Assembly: GCF_000002075.1 (NCBI RefSeq)
Contig: NW_004798032.1
Location: 103,517 to 167,516 of the forward strand
DNA: 64,000 bases
From: Aplysia californica
Lineage: Eukaryota
Direction: 5' to 3'
Numbering within the stretch: the first letter of the stretch is position 1; each line of letters begins with the position of its first letter. Positions 21,601 to 50,544 of the stretch are shown one piece after another. A program made the position numbers and the translations under genes. Under the pieces are notes generated by a model. The model was given only the letters and a program-made list of their open reading frames with translations. It was not told the origin of the DNA and did not search any database.

Positions 21601-23781
21601 GCCAGGTGAGATGCATTCCTTCAGTTAAGACGCCAGCAACTTTGTTCCTAAGTTCGCCCCCATCACTCCAACGTGATAAGATCCCTGTCCCTCGACATTA
21701 TACGACAATAAAAACTCTACCACAGCGCCTCTTGTGTAGGTCAAACGATTGGCCTCCCTTGAATGCTCTCCATTTTACGCGTCTTCCTCCACAGATTACA
21801 ACCCGAGCGACCAGCCTTCTGCGCTCTCATTCACAACTTTTTTTTTTTTTTTAACCAGTCTGCTACTATCACAGCAATTTTACAAACCCGTAGGCTACGC
21901 CTGGGTGTTTGAACCTGTGCAAATCACCCCCCCCCCTCCCCGGGACCAAATAAAAACAAGCTAAAATATTGATATATAATGTTCTTATTTTATTAACTTA
22001 TTCATTGTTGCTGTCGTCGTTTCCAAGGCCAAATTAAGATCACTGAAAACTAAGTACATTCAATCATGTTTAGGGTTAAGTATAAATTTACGGTATTGCA
22101 ACCTAAGCTACAGGACGTATTATTATTTTCCAACATCTTTTGACACCTGAGCTGTAGAGGTTGAAGTTTTCACAACACGAATAGATCTAGTAATAGGGCT
22201 TTCCGTTAAAAAAAATGGATAGATCTACAAAAGGCGAACCACCAACAAATCGACCGTTCAGCGACCCGGGCAGCCCCTCTCCCCGCTGCACACTGTGATA
22301 ACGTGTTGCTTCGGTTGCATTATTCAACTATTAATACGTGCGGCTATGGCAATTGAGATGTACTGACTGACAAAACAATTCACAATTTTGTTTTTATTTT
22401 ACCATACGTTTGACTTTAATAGTGCAGGTGATAGCTAGATCTAGATTCCTTGTCTAGAATCAGTAGTAGCAGGCCTATGCTAAAAGCAGCCAGAGAGCCT
22501 ACTACAACTGCTAGATCTAACTTACTGCGATGCCTTTGGGCTTTGGAATTGAAATAAAACGAATTGCAAGGTTCTAGTTAATTTTGGATTCAGCAACTAA
22601 CTGTATTTCCGGAGATAATAATAACAACTCTCACCATAACAATCACGTTTACTTTTTTTCGAATAATTAGATCTATCTTTTTTTCTAAAATCTGTTTTGC
22701 GCAAACTTAAGATTTTCTCTACTTGTAGAGCACAGAATTTACATTGTAAGCCTCTGTTCAGTCTTTTAGTATACACGGGCTCCGCCAGTCCTACTATAAA
22801 ATAAACTTGAGATCTACTTATTTCACTATGTTGACCCCGGGGTCCACCGATCCTTAATTAAACCAATCTTTGGTTAAACCTAGATCTACTTATTTCACTA
22901 CGCTGACTCCGGGGATCACATCCTAAAACCTAGCATTTTGTTAGGTAGACCCCGCAGTCTACTATCCTTTTGGCTAGATAGACTCCGTGGTCCGCCTATC
23001 CACTTCCTTGATAATAACTGAAAACAGTACATGCCAGTTGTCATGAATAGTGAAGAAACGTGTGAAAAAAAGATAATAAACAAAAAAAGCAGTAGAATCT
23101 CGACCTTCCGAATCCATCGTTAGTTCAAGAAATCTACCATATGATGTGGCCTAAATAAGATAAGGGAGGGGGTTTTAGCTTATTTGGGCCATATGTGGCC
23201 TAAATAAGGTAAGGGAGGGGGGGGGGGTGTTAGCTATTTAGGCCACGTGGCCTAAATAAGGACACCCATAATGAAATCGAAGAAACAGGCATTTTTTTGG
23301 CTATATCTGTCGAATTTTTGCGTTTTTTGGCTCAATATAAGTTATGTCCATATAAAAATGTTTCCATATAAATTTTACTGAAAATCGTTGATCAATGGCA
23401 CAAAATAAGTTGAGTCCATGTTTTCATTTTCAAGGACTCTCAAGCTACAGAAGTTGCCCAACTTTGGCAGCCACTTTCTCGCATATTTTACCTCAGAAAA
23501 CAGGCTACCCTCATCTCCTTTAATCATAGATATATCTCGACTTCTATTCTAGATAGATGGATATTTTTTCCACAGAAAGAAAGACAAATAAACAAGATTT
23601 ACGATCATACCAATAACTCCAAATGTCCAAAAATTAACGAGCGCTTGGTTCCACCGCATCGTGACACATTTTTATTTCTCTCAGTCAGTCATATAGTAAC
23701 TCTTTAAGACAGAACTTTGTAATTCTGAGGTTGCGAAATGTCCAACATTTCACTTTTACCAGAGGTGCGGGCAGTGCTACT

Positions 23782-24176
23782 GACTGAAGTGTCTTTAGGC
23801 CATTCCCAAAGGGGTGATATAATATAACATTAACATGTTCTTAGGCACAGTAGAATTGTAAATGGGCTGATTTATCAATGTCATGCTCATACTGTGCCTG
23901 AGCAACATAGGGGGGAACTGCTGCTTTTTATTTCCTCATCCTTACTATCGTCATTTTTCCTCTACTCCTTATGTACAATGTATGTTTGTCACTCTCTTGT
24001 GAACTGCTATTTCCCGGGTGGCTTGATAGTCGAAGCAGACTTTGTGCTGAAACTAAAGAGGTGAGCAGAGTAAGTCTGATTCCCTGTAGGGACTTCTCTG
24101 TTGACTTTCACCCCTTGGTGCTTATATGACCGTATGCAGTTACGAGCGCGTAAAACTTTACTGCTAAAACTAAAAC
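23782..24176 (+). mobile_element. Retroposon family B copy
   Basis: Reverse complement of 28442-28843, with CTAAAACTAAAA tail. Confidence 0.75.
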
Positions 24177-24664
24177 ACCAGAGGAGGCAACTTTCTGTAG
24201 CGATTCGATTAGATGAGACGTTTTGCCTTTGCACACAGAACAGCTGGGGTTCAATTCCTGAGCAGGGATACATTTTATCAAGTACGGGAACTCTTGTCTT
24301 TCTGCGAGGACCTTGTGTCTCTCTCAGCCCGGATTGGCCCTAGCCTGTGAGGCAGGGTCAGAGCAGCCTATTCATTATTTTCAGTGTGGGTGGTTGGCAG
24401 CAGCTTTAGTGTGATGAGCACCTTCTTTCATCTATCAAACAGCCATTGTTCTTATCTCTCACCCTTTTTACATCACTCTCTAGTAACACGTCTAATCTTT
24501 CAAACAAACACTTTTACCTATGACCAAAATTGTGTCTTAAGGGCTGTAAAACGTTTATTTGTGCTAAAAGTGCTACTTTCAACACTGCAGTATGGTTATT
24601 AGAGAGACAAGACTTCTGACTTCGTCGACATCCATCTCCGACAGAGCCCCAGCCATGGAAATTG

Positions 24665-24868
24665 AAAACTCCACCCCACACCAGCTACTACAAAATCCCA
24701 CACTACTCGAGTGCAAACCCCACCCAACACTACAAGTTACGAACCCCACCCCACCCCACACTGCAAGTACTACAAGTTACTAACCCCACCCCACCCCACA
24801 CTGCAAGTACTACAAGTTACTAACCCCACCCCACCCCACACTGCAAGTACTACAAGTTACTAACCCCA
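24665..24868. repeat. 40-bp minisatellite running into an assembly gap
   Basis: CTGCAAGTACTACAAGTTACTAACCCCACCCCACCCCACA units. Confidence 0.9.
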
Positions 24869-25514
24869 NNNNNNNNNNNNNNNNNNNNNNNNNNNNNNNN
24901 NNNNNNNNNNNNNNNNNNNNNNNNNNNNNNNNNNNNNNNNNNNNNNNNNNNNNNNNNNNNNNNNNNNNNNNNNNNNNNNNNNNNNNNNNNNNNNNNNNNN
25001 NNNNNNNNNNNNNNNNNNNNNNNNNNNNNNNNNNNNNNNNNNNNNNNNNNNNNNNNNNNNNNNNNNNNNNNNNNNNNNNNNNNNNNNNNNNNNNNNNNNN
25101 NNNNNNNNNNNNNNNNNNNNNNNNNNNNNNNNNNNNNNNNNNNNNNNNNNNNNNNNNNNNGGGGGAAGCAGGGAAATTATAACACAGTAATGCAAAGACA
25201 TCTGATTAATGGAGCAGTATTTATTGCACTAATAACACAAGACATTAATTACCTGTATACACGTATTATACATTATATTACAAATGGCAGTGGTGACTGG
25301 TGTAAAGACATTCTTTTTCAACATAAATTGTACACGTACAGTGAACCTCGCATCACGTTGTACAGAAGATACATAAAGTATAATATAAAAGAACGCAAAA
25401 ACACTTTAAATTCAAACTGCTTATTATAGAGAATGATCAGTGTAGGAGTATACAATAATACCACTGGTACTTTGTGCAAATATATGCGAAGTTGCGTTTG
25501 CAAACAAAATAAAA

Positions 25515-25698
25515 CTGTCCCCGTCGTTTTAAGCAAGAAAAATTCTTAAATTATGCAAACTGAGCCCAAATATGTGAAATTATGCTATTCTGTTAATTTT
25601 AACTAACAAAGAATGATAAAGGAAAATAATCCGAAATAATGCAAAAAATGATCAAATTTTGCTAAATTATGCGGGGTGCATAAAACCATGGGGACAGA
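25515..25698. mobile_element. MITE; second copy at 56627-56824
   Basis: TIRs CTGTCCCC..TTTTA.GCA / TGCATAAA..GGGGACAG with internal AAATTATGC repeats. Confidence 0.7.
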
Positions 25699-26854
25699 TT
25701 TAATACACACTTCAACATACGTTAAGGACCTTGACCCATAGTCTTGATTTTTTTTAATCCGGAAAAAAAAAAAAGAAAAAAAAGAAGAAAGAATGTTTCT
25801 CAAATTTTTGCTCTGAAAGTGTTAATGGGCAACAATGCGTACTGCAGAGCTTCCTAAAGGGTCAAAACCACCATGTGCAGCACGGAAATCCTCAGGGAAT
25901 TTTAGCCAAATTTGCAGGTGGTCCTTAACTTTTGTTGAAGTCTCTATAGCCTCAACTAATAAAATAGTTAAACAGAAAACAAATGCTTCGAATATGTTCT
26001 TCTAGTAAAAACGGGGGGGGGGGACAACTGAAGAACTACATCCCTGAGTTCATTGAACATGCTTGAAGATCGGATACTTTCCTCACAAAGTGTGTCTCAT
26101 GGTATATGTGAGGCAGCGTGGCGAAATCGGACGCTCGTCAAAATAATGGAAGTAAAAAATATTAAAAAACTGGCATTTTTCCACAGGTTTTAGAGTTCTT
26201 ATAGTCTTCTCATTTTAGAGGGGTTTCTTAAATCGGAAAAAAAAAGTAGTGAACTTTATTTTCTTTCGGTTTATCGCTATTTTCGGGTTAGCTGTGTTCA
26301 CTTTGAACGGACTTCACTGTAGTTCTATAAATAAATATATCAGACAACGAGACACAAAAGGTAAAACAATGTTGTTATCACAAAGAAAAGAGAATGGGGA
26401 TGTTAGGTGTGACAATGAAGGAAACGTGAAAGTGAGTCTTGTTGGTGCTCTGTAAGACAAGCAAGAACCGGTAGAAAGAGATTCACCAGACAATCAGAAC
26501 TGGGAGAATGCGAGGTTTACTGTACAATCGGAACAAAAGTTTTTTGTGAACACAAAAGGCTAACAAATAAACAAAATATCTATAAACAGTAGCATTCATA
26601 TGTACAGTCTAGCACGTACGTTGCGAAACAGACACACAGGGCACAGATTTTCAAGTCCTGAATTTTTCTTTCACATATATTCTTTGTACAGCAAACACGT
26701 ACATAGCGAAAAGATTTCCGCATCCGGTCGATTTCACAACGCACCTGCGAGACTATTATATCCAGACTACTCCAGCAACTTAACGAAAATTTCACATCTT
26801 TTATCGTCAGCAAAATGCACAAAAGGAAAGCATCCAGCGTCAGAGAGGATCGGC

Positions 26855-36603
<9,749 letters not shown>

Positions 36604-37016
36604 GATGTTCCTCCTAGAAAAATAGAAGCAACAGCAGAGTTAAAGATCAAGTTTTATCTAACGACCAACCCTCTAAATTCTAGAATCTAGACTCTGGATC
36701 TAGATCTAGATCTAGGTACAGGGCGACATGAAACTTCCCATGAAACACACATGAAGTGTACCGAAAACTTTTAAAATTTTAATGGCTCAGAAATTATAAA
36801 CCATTGTAATTGTAACATTATTGTATTTTGAAGATAGGCCTACATTCTCCGTTCCGTTGCAGGCCGAATTCGAGGTTCGAAGCAGCGTCTTTTAAATGAC
36901 TCAAATTGTGTCGAAATGGGTATTGGCGTAAAGCATCGAAATTACACAATTGAAGTTACAGGTTTAGATCTAGTTGGGATTATTTAAATTAAAGAATTAT
37001 ATATGAAGTGCCTTAC

Positions 37017-37145
37017 CTCTTCTTTCACAAAGACAGCAAGCAAAGACCAAGCTCACGCGCAAAGCAAGCAACTCCAATTTATTTTAATATTTTCCCTCCA
37101 AAACAGTTAAAAAATAGAATTGGATGCTACACTTCCGGCCGGGTG
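37017..37145 (-). promoter_or_regulatory. Putative non-coding first exon and promoter of TYMS
   Basis: Donor GAG|GTAAGG at 37016-37015 would join the TTTCTAG acceptor at 36615-36614, 10 nt before the ATG. ETS/GABP site CCGGAAGT at 37131-37138. TSS position is inferred. Confidence 0.55.
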
Positions 37146-37419
37146 TCGTCCAGTCAAACCAACGGATCGGTTGCCTAGGCTACACTGTAATTTCTTTTAA
37201 TAAAACGTGATGCATTATGACAATATTTCTACCCCTATAGAAGTATTATTTTTCACAAATAGGATAGATTTACCTATTTTTGTGGGTTATTGAGACAATG
37301 TTAGTTTCTGGCCCCCAAAAATCACTCGGTTCATATTCAAGATAAAATGATGGGACAAATAATATTATGGATTATGGAATCTAGGCAACTCAAAAGTTAG
37401 GCTATAACACCCCCCTCCC

Positions 37420-37476
<57 letters not shown>

Positions 37477-38343
37477 ATATACATGTTATTATAATGTGTG
37501 TGGGNNNNNNNNNNNNNNNNNNNNNNNNNNNNNNNNNNNNNNNNNNNNNNNNNNNNNNNNNNNNNNNNNNNNNNNNNNNNNNNNNNNNNNNNNNNNNNNN
37601 NNNNNNNNNNNNNNNNNNNNNNNNNNNNNNNNNNNNNNNNNNNNNNNNNNNNNNNNNNNNTACCGTGTGTATATATATGGGGGCTCCCATATCGTGGTCT
37701 TGTCAAAGTGCATGATGTTAATCGCCTCTCGTTCAATAAGTCCCGTGGGTTCGAAACGAAACCTGACAACGACGGGACATTTTCTTCTCTGAAATGTTCT
37801 CTTTTCACCTCCTTTCCTGATCTCTATAATCATGTGTTCTGTCGTTTGCTTTCTTTCGTCTCCACTTTCTGCCCGCCCCCCTTTGTATTATTTTTCTCTG
37901 GGCTACGGTGCGGACTTTTTCTTCAGCCTTTCAGCTGCTACCCCTTGCGCTCACTTGTTGCTATCTTTCAGCCGTGACTTTGTGATCTTAAGGTCGGAAT
38001 AAGATCAATAACACTTGGTCTTTTTCGCGGCCAAAAAAATATCTCATATCAGAGGTCCGTGTGCAAGCAGAGCACGTTAAAGATACTTTGTGACCCTAAA
38101 ATCGATAAGAATAGTCTTCGGCCGCCATCCAATTGAAAATGATTAACGTGCTTCGCGTGCTCATAATTAATGACCTGCAGTTGCAATTGCAGTAAAACAG
38201 TTGTAAATTATTTTTATTTTTTTAATATAGCCTATATTTATACAAACCTTCTTATAGTTTTCACTCTCCATCTTTCTCTTTCGATCTCCATTCTTTTCTA
38301 TCTTTCTTTTTCTTTTTTCTTTCTTTCTCTCTCTCTCTCTCTC

Positions 38344-38385
<42 letters not shown>

Positions 38386-38509
38386 CTCACACGCGCGCGC
38401 ACGCATGGGCGACGCATGCTTGGGCTAAACTAAATAGCTTGACACCCCCCCCCCTGCCCCTTCGCAAACTCCTCTTCCCTAAAAAAATTACAACGTCTGA
38501 TAGTAGGCT

Positions 38510-38750
38510 ACAACCTACCCTCAGAAAGCCCAGCGGAAACACCACTAGACAGTCGCTGCAGTACGTGGAACCCACGGGGAGCACGAGGCAGGGGTGGGCC
38601 TCGGGAAACATGGAGGAGATGTGTTTTAAGGTAAATGAGAGAGATGAAGCTCACTTGAAACGAGCTTGGAAGGATGGCGTGGGACAGAGATAAATGGAAA
38701 GAGCTTATTTGTATGTGGCCTTTACCCTGCCAGGGGTTAAGGAATTGATA
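38510..38750 (+). mobile_element. RTE-type LINE 3' fragment, frameshifted; inverted homolog at 51975-52290
   Basis: TLRKPSGNTTRQSLQ followed by WNP..RGRGRP..TW-like codons; reverse-complement similarity to 51975-52290. Confidence 0.65.
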
Positions 38751-39543
38751 ATGACAACCTAGACCATCATATAAATTATAAGGCGGTCTTTTGAAATACA
38801 ACCCAAAACTGAAGAATAGTTGTCGTTCTTGAGTACAGCCTAACACTAACAGCCAGTCTCAAATGAAATTATGTCTTATAAGAAAAAAGTGTGGTAAAAA
38901 TTCGTGGCACAACTTATTGTCAAATATCTCTTTAACGGGTGAATCAATATGTCTCCCATACTTTGCACAGCAGGGTCAATTTGTCTTAACGTAATCATAT
39001 TTTTCCACAACAATTGAGGCTAGATTTAAAAAACTTTTCTTCATAATCACCAATGACACTTTTTAGTGGCAAAACTAGATCTAGTTACAACAAATTTATA
39101 GGCCTACTGAACAATTAAAAAAACCTAAAAAAAGTGCGTTCAATAAAGATAATCTCGTGATTAGAAAAGAATGACAGACTTGCTTTTATATAGCCTAACC
39201 GATAAATTGTCCCAGCTGTAATTACCTTTTGAAATCAAAAGAGACATTTTCAAACCCACTGCGGATATTTTATTAGTATTTATTAAGAAATTTTCTAGAA
39301 TACAGAGGTGATTACAAAAATGACAAATTAATACAAGTCACTGTGCAGAAGCTGGAGAGTCAATGTTAGGTAGTTGAGGAGATATTTGACAATTTAAGTT
39401 GAGCCACGATAAGTGCTCAGCAAAGTATGAATCCTTTTAATATACATGTATGTCAATATTCCTAATTGATGCGAGTAAATGACACACACACACGCGCGCC
39501 TCCCCCCTCTCTTTCTCTCTCTCTCTCTGTCCTCCCTCCCCCC

Positions 39544-39574
<31 letters not shown>

Positions 39575-40144
39575 ACACACACACACGCACACAGTATAGG
39601 CCACACACACACACACCGCGCGCGCGCACAAACACACAGGCACAAATTTAACACACCACACACACCGCGTTCCGTCCGTCTTCGAAACATACCAAGTAGG
39701 CCTTCCCATTTGCAACTGAGTGGATTGAAGGAAAAAAAACCCTGTAAAATTCTTTTCTCTAACATATAGATTTATGTCTTTAATACGTTTTTGAGGTTTA
39801 TCCTTTTAAAAGTTTTTGAAGTGATCCAGCCATGATGCTTCATATAGGCCGTGAAACCTTCCTCAGGATTTACGATAGAGCATAGGCCTACACAATGATA
39901 TATAAGTATTACTCATGGTTAAATTCCAAACAGGCTTATAGTAAGTTGTTGCCTTTCAAGCGTAGTTTTACCAACTCAGGACTAGCCTATCCTATAATTT
40001 ATTTTTATTAAATATTATTAACTGGTAGGCCGACTGGCCAAATCAAAACCAGTGACCGTTTATTGGTTTGGCTAAATTGTTTCGCGGTCAAACAAGGAAT
40101 TTATATTTTTATGTTTCTGCCATGCGCAACTTTATGAGGTTCTT

Positions 40145-40182
40145 ACTTCCGCTTCCTTTCTTATTAGAACCTGCTTGCCAAG
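40145..40182 (+). promoter_or_regulatory. RPS16 TCT initiator/5'TOP and non-coding exon 1
   Basis: ACTTCCG (ETS core) is directly followed by CTTCCTTTCTT, matching the TCT motif YYC+1TTTYY at 40154-40161, then AAG|GTATGT (GT at 40183). The RPS16 ATG lies directly after an acceptor (TTTCAG|ATG, 43776), so an upstream exon is required. Confidence 0.75.
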
Positions 40183-41348
40183 GTATGTCCCCAATGTGGT
40201 GTCGTGGTACTTTCCTTCTATTTTTCAATTTTATGCCTTAAATTCACTTAGTTTTGAGTTTTGTTTGTTATATATTGTTTGGAGCTCTTGTTATAGAATA
40301 ATTTATACAGTTCCTTTCTTGTACCTTCCTGACAAAATCATAATAAATGGCTCGGACCAATTATCGATAATCGCGTGAACATCCTCTTCATTTCGAGTCT
40401 TCCTGTCACAGTATTTTCGTTATGAATTTTCATCATGGAATTACGACTCTGTAGCATATGATCACAATAGAATATACAGTATTTTTGTATAGCTTTTCAC
40501 ATGTGCAACCGTTGTGTTTGGGTTAGAGTCTAGAATCTACTTGAAAAGCCTTAGACTTGTGGTGTTGTTGGTCTTTGGTGGCTCTCTTTTGGGCTTGGGC
40601 TTGTTGTTGGGAGAAGTGGTCCCGACGACATGCGACTAAAGTCTAAACGTAGAATGACCCATCTCTTCCTGATTGGCTGCTAATTTTAGTAATGTGATGT
40701 CATCACTTCCTGGGATACCCACAGAATAACCGTGGAGTTACCAAAGGTTTTCCGGCACTACTTGGATATGGTGGTCCCGACTTTGGTGACGGAAATATAT
40801 CCCAGAGAAAATCTAGAAGGCTGCTCTTATTGGCCCACATGGGCAAATAAGCTGGGGCTTATTGGCCCACATGGGCCATTTAATGCGTTGTTTTTTCAAT
40901 GTATTTCATACGTGGTGTTATCGAAACTTGTTCTCTTTTATTTTTTCTCACTTTATCCCTTCTTGTTAATGTTTTCCTGAGGCATTCCCTCATTCCGTCT
41001 CGCACACATTTCTACAAGTCTACAGATTTGATTGTTTGTCAGCGTGTTCCTGCACTTCAGTGTTATTGTTATAATGCAGTAGTAGACTTTGATCATCTGC
41101 GAACGGTATTTCATTTAGAATTTAGATTCTGCGGATGTGGGCTTGCTTCTTTCGTCAAAGGGTATAATTGAGTTATTTCTTTGTTTACTCTATGTATACT
41201 GTGTTGGATGACAAGATGAAGATGTGTAACTTCTTAGACTTAGACTCTATTGTTCATCTTTTTATTTTTAGCATTAGTATTAGATTGGAAAACTATACAT
41301 TCTCAATTTAAAATATATGATTGACGGACTTTGTGGATTTGGGGGGGG

Positions 41349-41392
<44 letters not shown>

Positions 41393-43136
41393 GAGTGTTG
41401 TGGTTGGGGGGGGGGGGGGGGGGGGGACCAAATACAGGGGAGATAACTCGCAATTTTGTAGGCAAATAAGAAATAATCTAGGGCTAGGGCTAGATCTACA
41501 TGATCTTTAGTCTTTGGAGATACCGCATGAAATGACATGTTGTTGGGTGGGTCAGTGGCTTCACCTATTATCCGTAACGATGTGTTTCGCACTATTAAAT
41601 TTCACAATTGTGGCTAACTGTAGGTAGCGTGTCAGCCATGCTCTCTGGTGATAGAAGCATCGCTTAGATTCTAGATCTAGATCTAGATCGTTGATGCTCA
41701 GAACAGTAAAAACGCTGATGCTTGAAATTGAAACACGGTAGGCCTAAGACCTAAGCAAACGCAAAGACAATAAAGCGCGCTAAAATTGCCGTAAATACGC
41801 CCAGAGACCCCCCCCCCCCCCCAATGTTTGGAAGAGATAAGCTGCATCATCATCGCAGCACTGCATAATATCACATTAGTCATTACTGGTAGGCGTTTCC
41901 CAGAAAAATATCGCACCAAACGTCGTACCAAGATAGGTAGATCTATACACGATTCGTGGTGCCATGCAGTGGCTATGTTTAGATCTTGTAGTCACGTTAT
42001 CGGAGGGGTATCCCGGTCTGATGTCGCACAAGATGGCTGCCTCACCTAAAAATAGTTTGCGTCTTTATGCGTTTAGTCACATGTGTCCCGTCTTAACTTC
42101 ATAAACATTTATAAATCTACATTAGATCTTGATCTAGATCTATGTACACAATCGGAACAAAAATTTAAGTCGCTAAAAAGGAAAGGGGAAGGAGTTCGCT
42201 GAGGTTCGACCGACCAACACACGGAAGAGGGGGGGGCACTCTCCGGGAGAAGTGGTCCCGGCCTAATTAAATGGAAATATGTGACAAGCGGATAGATCTA
42301 GATCTAGCTAGAGAATGACAACTAAACGCCATTGGCTGGTATTTATAGTAACAGCCATCTTTGAAGTCGTTGAGGGATTCCCACTTTGTCAGTCATGGTG
42401 GCAACACGACAGCACAAGGGCAGCCTGCCGACTCAAGAGTATTTTCTTTGCAACTTGCTGAACTGTTCGGTTCAGTTCACTGTGATTGTGCAGCACTCTT
42501 CTTCCTCCCAGATTGGTTCTGATGCTGTACACTACGTAAACTGAGAAGACGACTGAGAGTATGCCTACTTCAATTTGGATAGGCCTTTCGAAAGCAAGTT
42601 CAAAGTTCAATGACCCAGTGCAAATTATCGAACGTTTCGACCCAGATAGTTTTTTAAAAGTTTTATAAACACAAGAAATTAAGCTCTTACAAGAGATTGG
42701 ACTCAATAGGACGCTGAGCTGCAAATGAAGTAATTCGAGACTGCAAGGTTTGCAAATGGATAGGCCTACTGTGAGGTGCAAATGCAGTGTACTAGGGGAA
42801 ACCACTAGGAACGACTCAAAGAGGGAAGGGGGGGGGGGTGATGAGGGGCAGAAAGCACGGCAGGAAAAATGACAGGGTGGAGGGTTGATGTTATGCCGAC
42901 CAAAACAACAATGGTGACAGTTTAGACGACAGTCAGTTTCCCAGACGCACTTCATGATTGCTATTTCATTCACTAGGCCTGGGTGTAGTGTGTGTAATTT
43001 TGTCAAATCGATTTCCTCGATCTATTTTTTTTTTAACCTAGATCTATTACTCAATAACAAATTCGAGCTCAATTTTGCGAATTTCGAATAAAATAGACCA
43101 AAATATGGGGGGGGGGGGGTACCGAAATAATGCCCT

Positions 43137-43390
43137 ATTTTGACACTAAACACTATCACAAACCATAATTTTTGTGACAGTCAAAGAGGGGATATTTTGA
43201 GCGGGGTACACCCTAACACTAGCCTAACCCTAAACCCTAACTGTCGTATACTTTGCTCAGTAGACCGTGTCATGGTATGTGCCGGCCTTTTTTTGTGGAA
43301 CTCCACCGAAAAAAAGGGGGGGGCCTCCTCCCTGCTAAATTCGCTAAATTCACAAAAATAATGGTTTGTGACAGTTTTAAGTGCCAAAAT
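43137..43390. mobile_element. Foldback/MITE element with CCTAAC-rich centre
   Basis: ATTTTGACACT..TCACAAACCAT.ATTTTTGTGA / TCACAAAAAT.ATGGTTTGTGA..AGTGCCAAAAT. Confidence 0.65.
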
Positions 43391-43775
43391 GTTCTCAGCA
43401 AATTCTAAAAAAACCCATTAAGATAGTTCTGAAAATCGTCTAAAATGGTTTATGACTGTTACTATAAATCTACCTGTGGTCTTTTCACCCTGGTAACTCA
43501 GCTTTTTTACTCAATTTTCGATTTTGTGTATAAAAATCTATCGAGTTAGGGAGGGACTACTACTCCCGAAGAGTGACCCCGTTGGTTTATATTGGTGTAA
43601 GATTTAGATAAATCTAGTGGCCATATGAATATTTTGTTTGGTAGCCATATATACATTGGTGTGGCCCCATAAAGTAGATCTTGGTGCAATGTGATATTGA
43701 TTCTTTCTGTGACATAAGACAAGAGTTAGCCCTTGGCCTAGATCTGTTTGTAATTGTTTTCTGCTTCTCTTTCAG

Positions 43776-49571
<5,796 letters not shown>

Positions 49572-49808
49572 GATTATTGTCTGGATGTTTCTCGTCGATT
49601 AAAGTTCCCGCTGGGAGTAACAAATTTGTGACTTCCCTGTCTTGTTTTATAGCTCGTCTTGTGTGCATTGCAGTAGGTGGTTGGCGGGTGCTCTGGTATT
49701 TTTTACTCCTGCTTTCCTATCAAACGTCAATATCTCCCTTTTCTTTCCTCATCCTTGCTATCGTCATTTTTTCCTCTACTTCTTTTGTATGTTTGTCACT
49801 CTCTTGTG

Positions 49809-49973
49809 GTTGGCGGGTGCTCTGGTGGGGTTTGCTTCTTTTTTCCTATCATACGTCTATCGTCTTTATCTCCTCTCCTTTTTTATGTTTGTTTCTCTCG
49901 TGTAACACCTCTAATCTTCGGCACTTATATACCTTATTGTGTTGCTAGTGCTGTAAAACTCTTACTAAAAAAA
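49809..49973 (+). mobile_element. Retroposon family A copy nested in a family B copy
   Basis: 11-bp TSD ACTCTCTTGTG at 49798-49808 and 49974-49984. Confidence 0.85.
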
Positions 49974-50544
49974 ACTCTCTTGTGAACTGCTATTTCCGGG
50001 GTGCCTTGATAGTAGAAGCAGACTAAGTTCTGTTGAGGCTAGAGAGGTGAGCAGAGTAAGTCTGATTCTCTGTTTGGACTTCTCTGTGAGAAGTGTAGCT
50101 ATTTCACTTCGGATAGACGATGAAAAAAAAGTGATAATGTAGGTTTTTTTTTATACCACTGGCTTTGACCACGCCTGTCGCAGCCAATCCCAACTAAGAG
50201 AGATACACCATCCTACAGCAGAAAGACTGAGATAAAAATTCTCCTCACTCTGGAATCGAACTCCGGGTCTCCTGTGTGCAACAGTGAAGCGCCTAACTGC
50301 TAACATCTACACCATAGGGGCTGGTAGACCTCAGATCTGAATGTTGATGTATGTCTACATCTCTGACGCTGGTTGATGTTTCCCTGTCTCAGAATCACAA
50401 AGTTCTGTTTGCTCGATTGCCTACTTTTGAGAAATTTGACCAAAAAAATTTTGAATTTCACGTGGCAAGCTTTTCCGGACGCAATTCTTTGAATATCTTG
50501 ATAACGACCACAAATAATCCTACAATTTTGATAGGGCAGATGGA

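Noticed and set aside
37365-37977. ORFs spanning N-gaps or microsatellites, also near 2579, 15047, 24860 and 39394
   Set aside because: Artefacts of N runs and (GA)n/(CA)n repeats.
42389-43006. 205-aa minus-strand ORF in RPS16 intron 1
   Set aside because: Non-ATG start, low complexity, no domain and no splice support.
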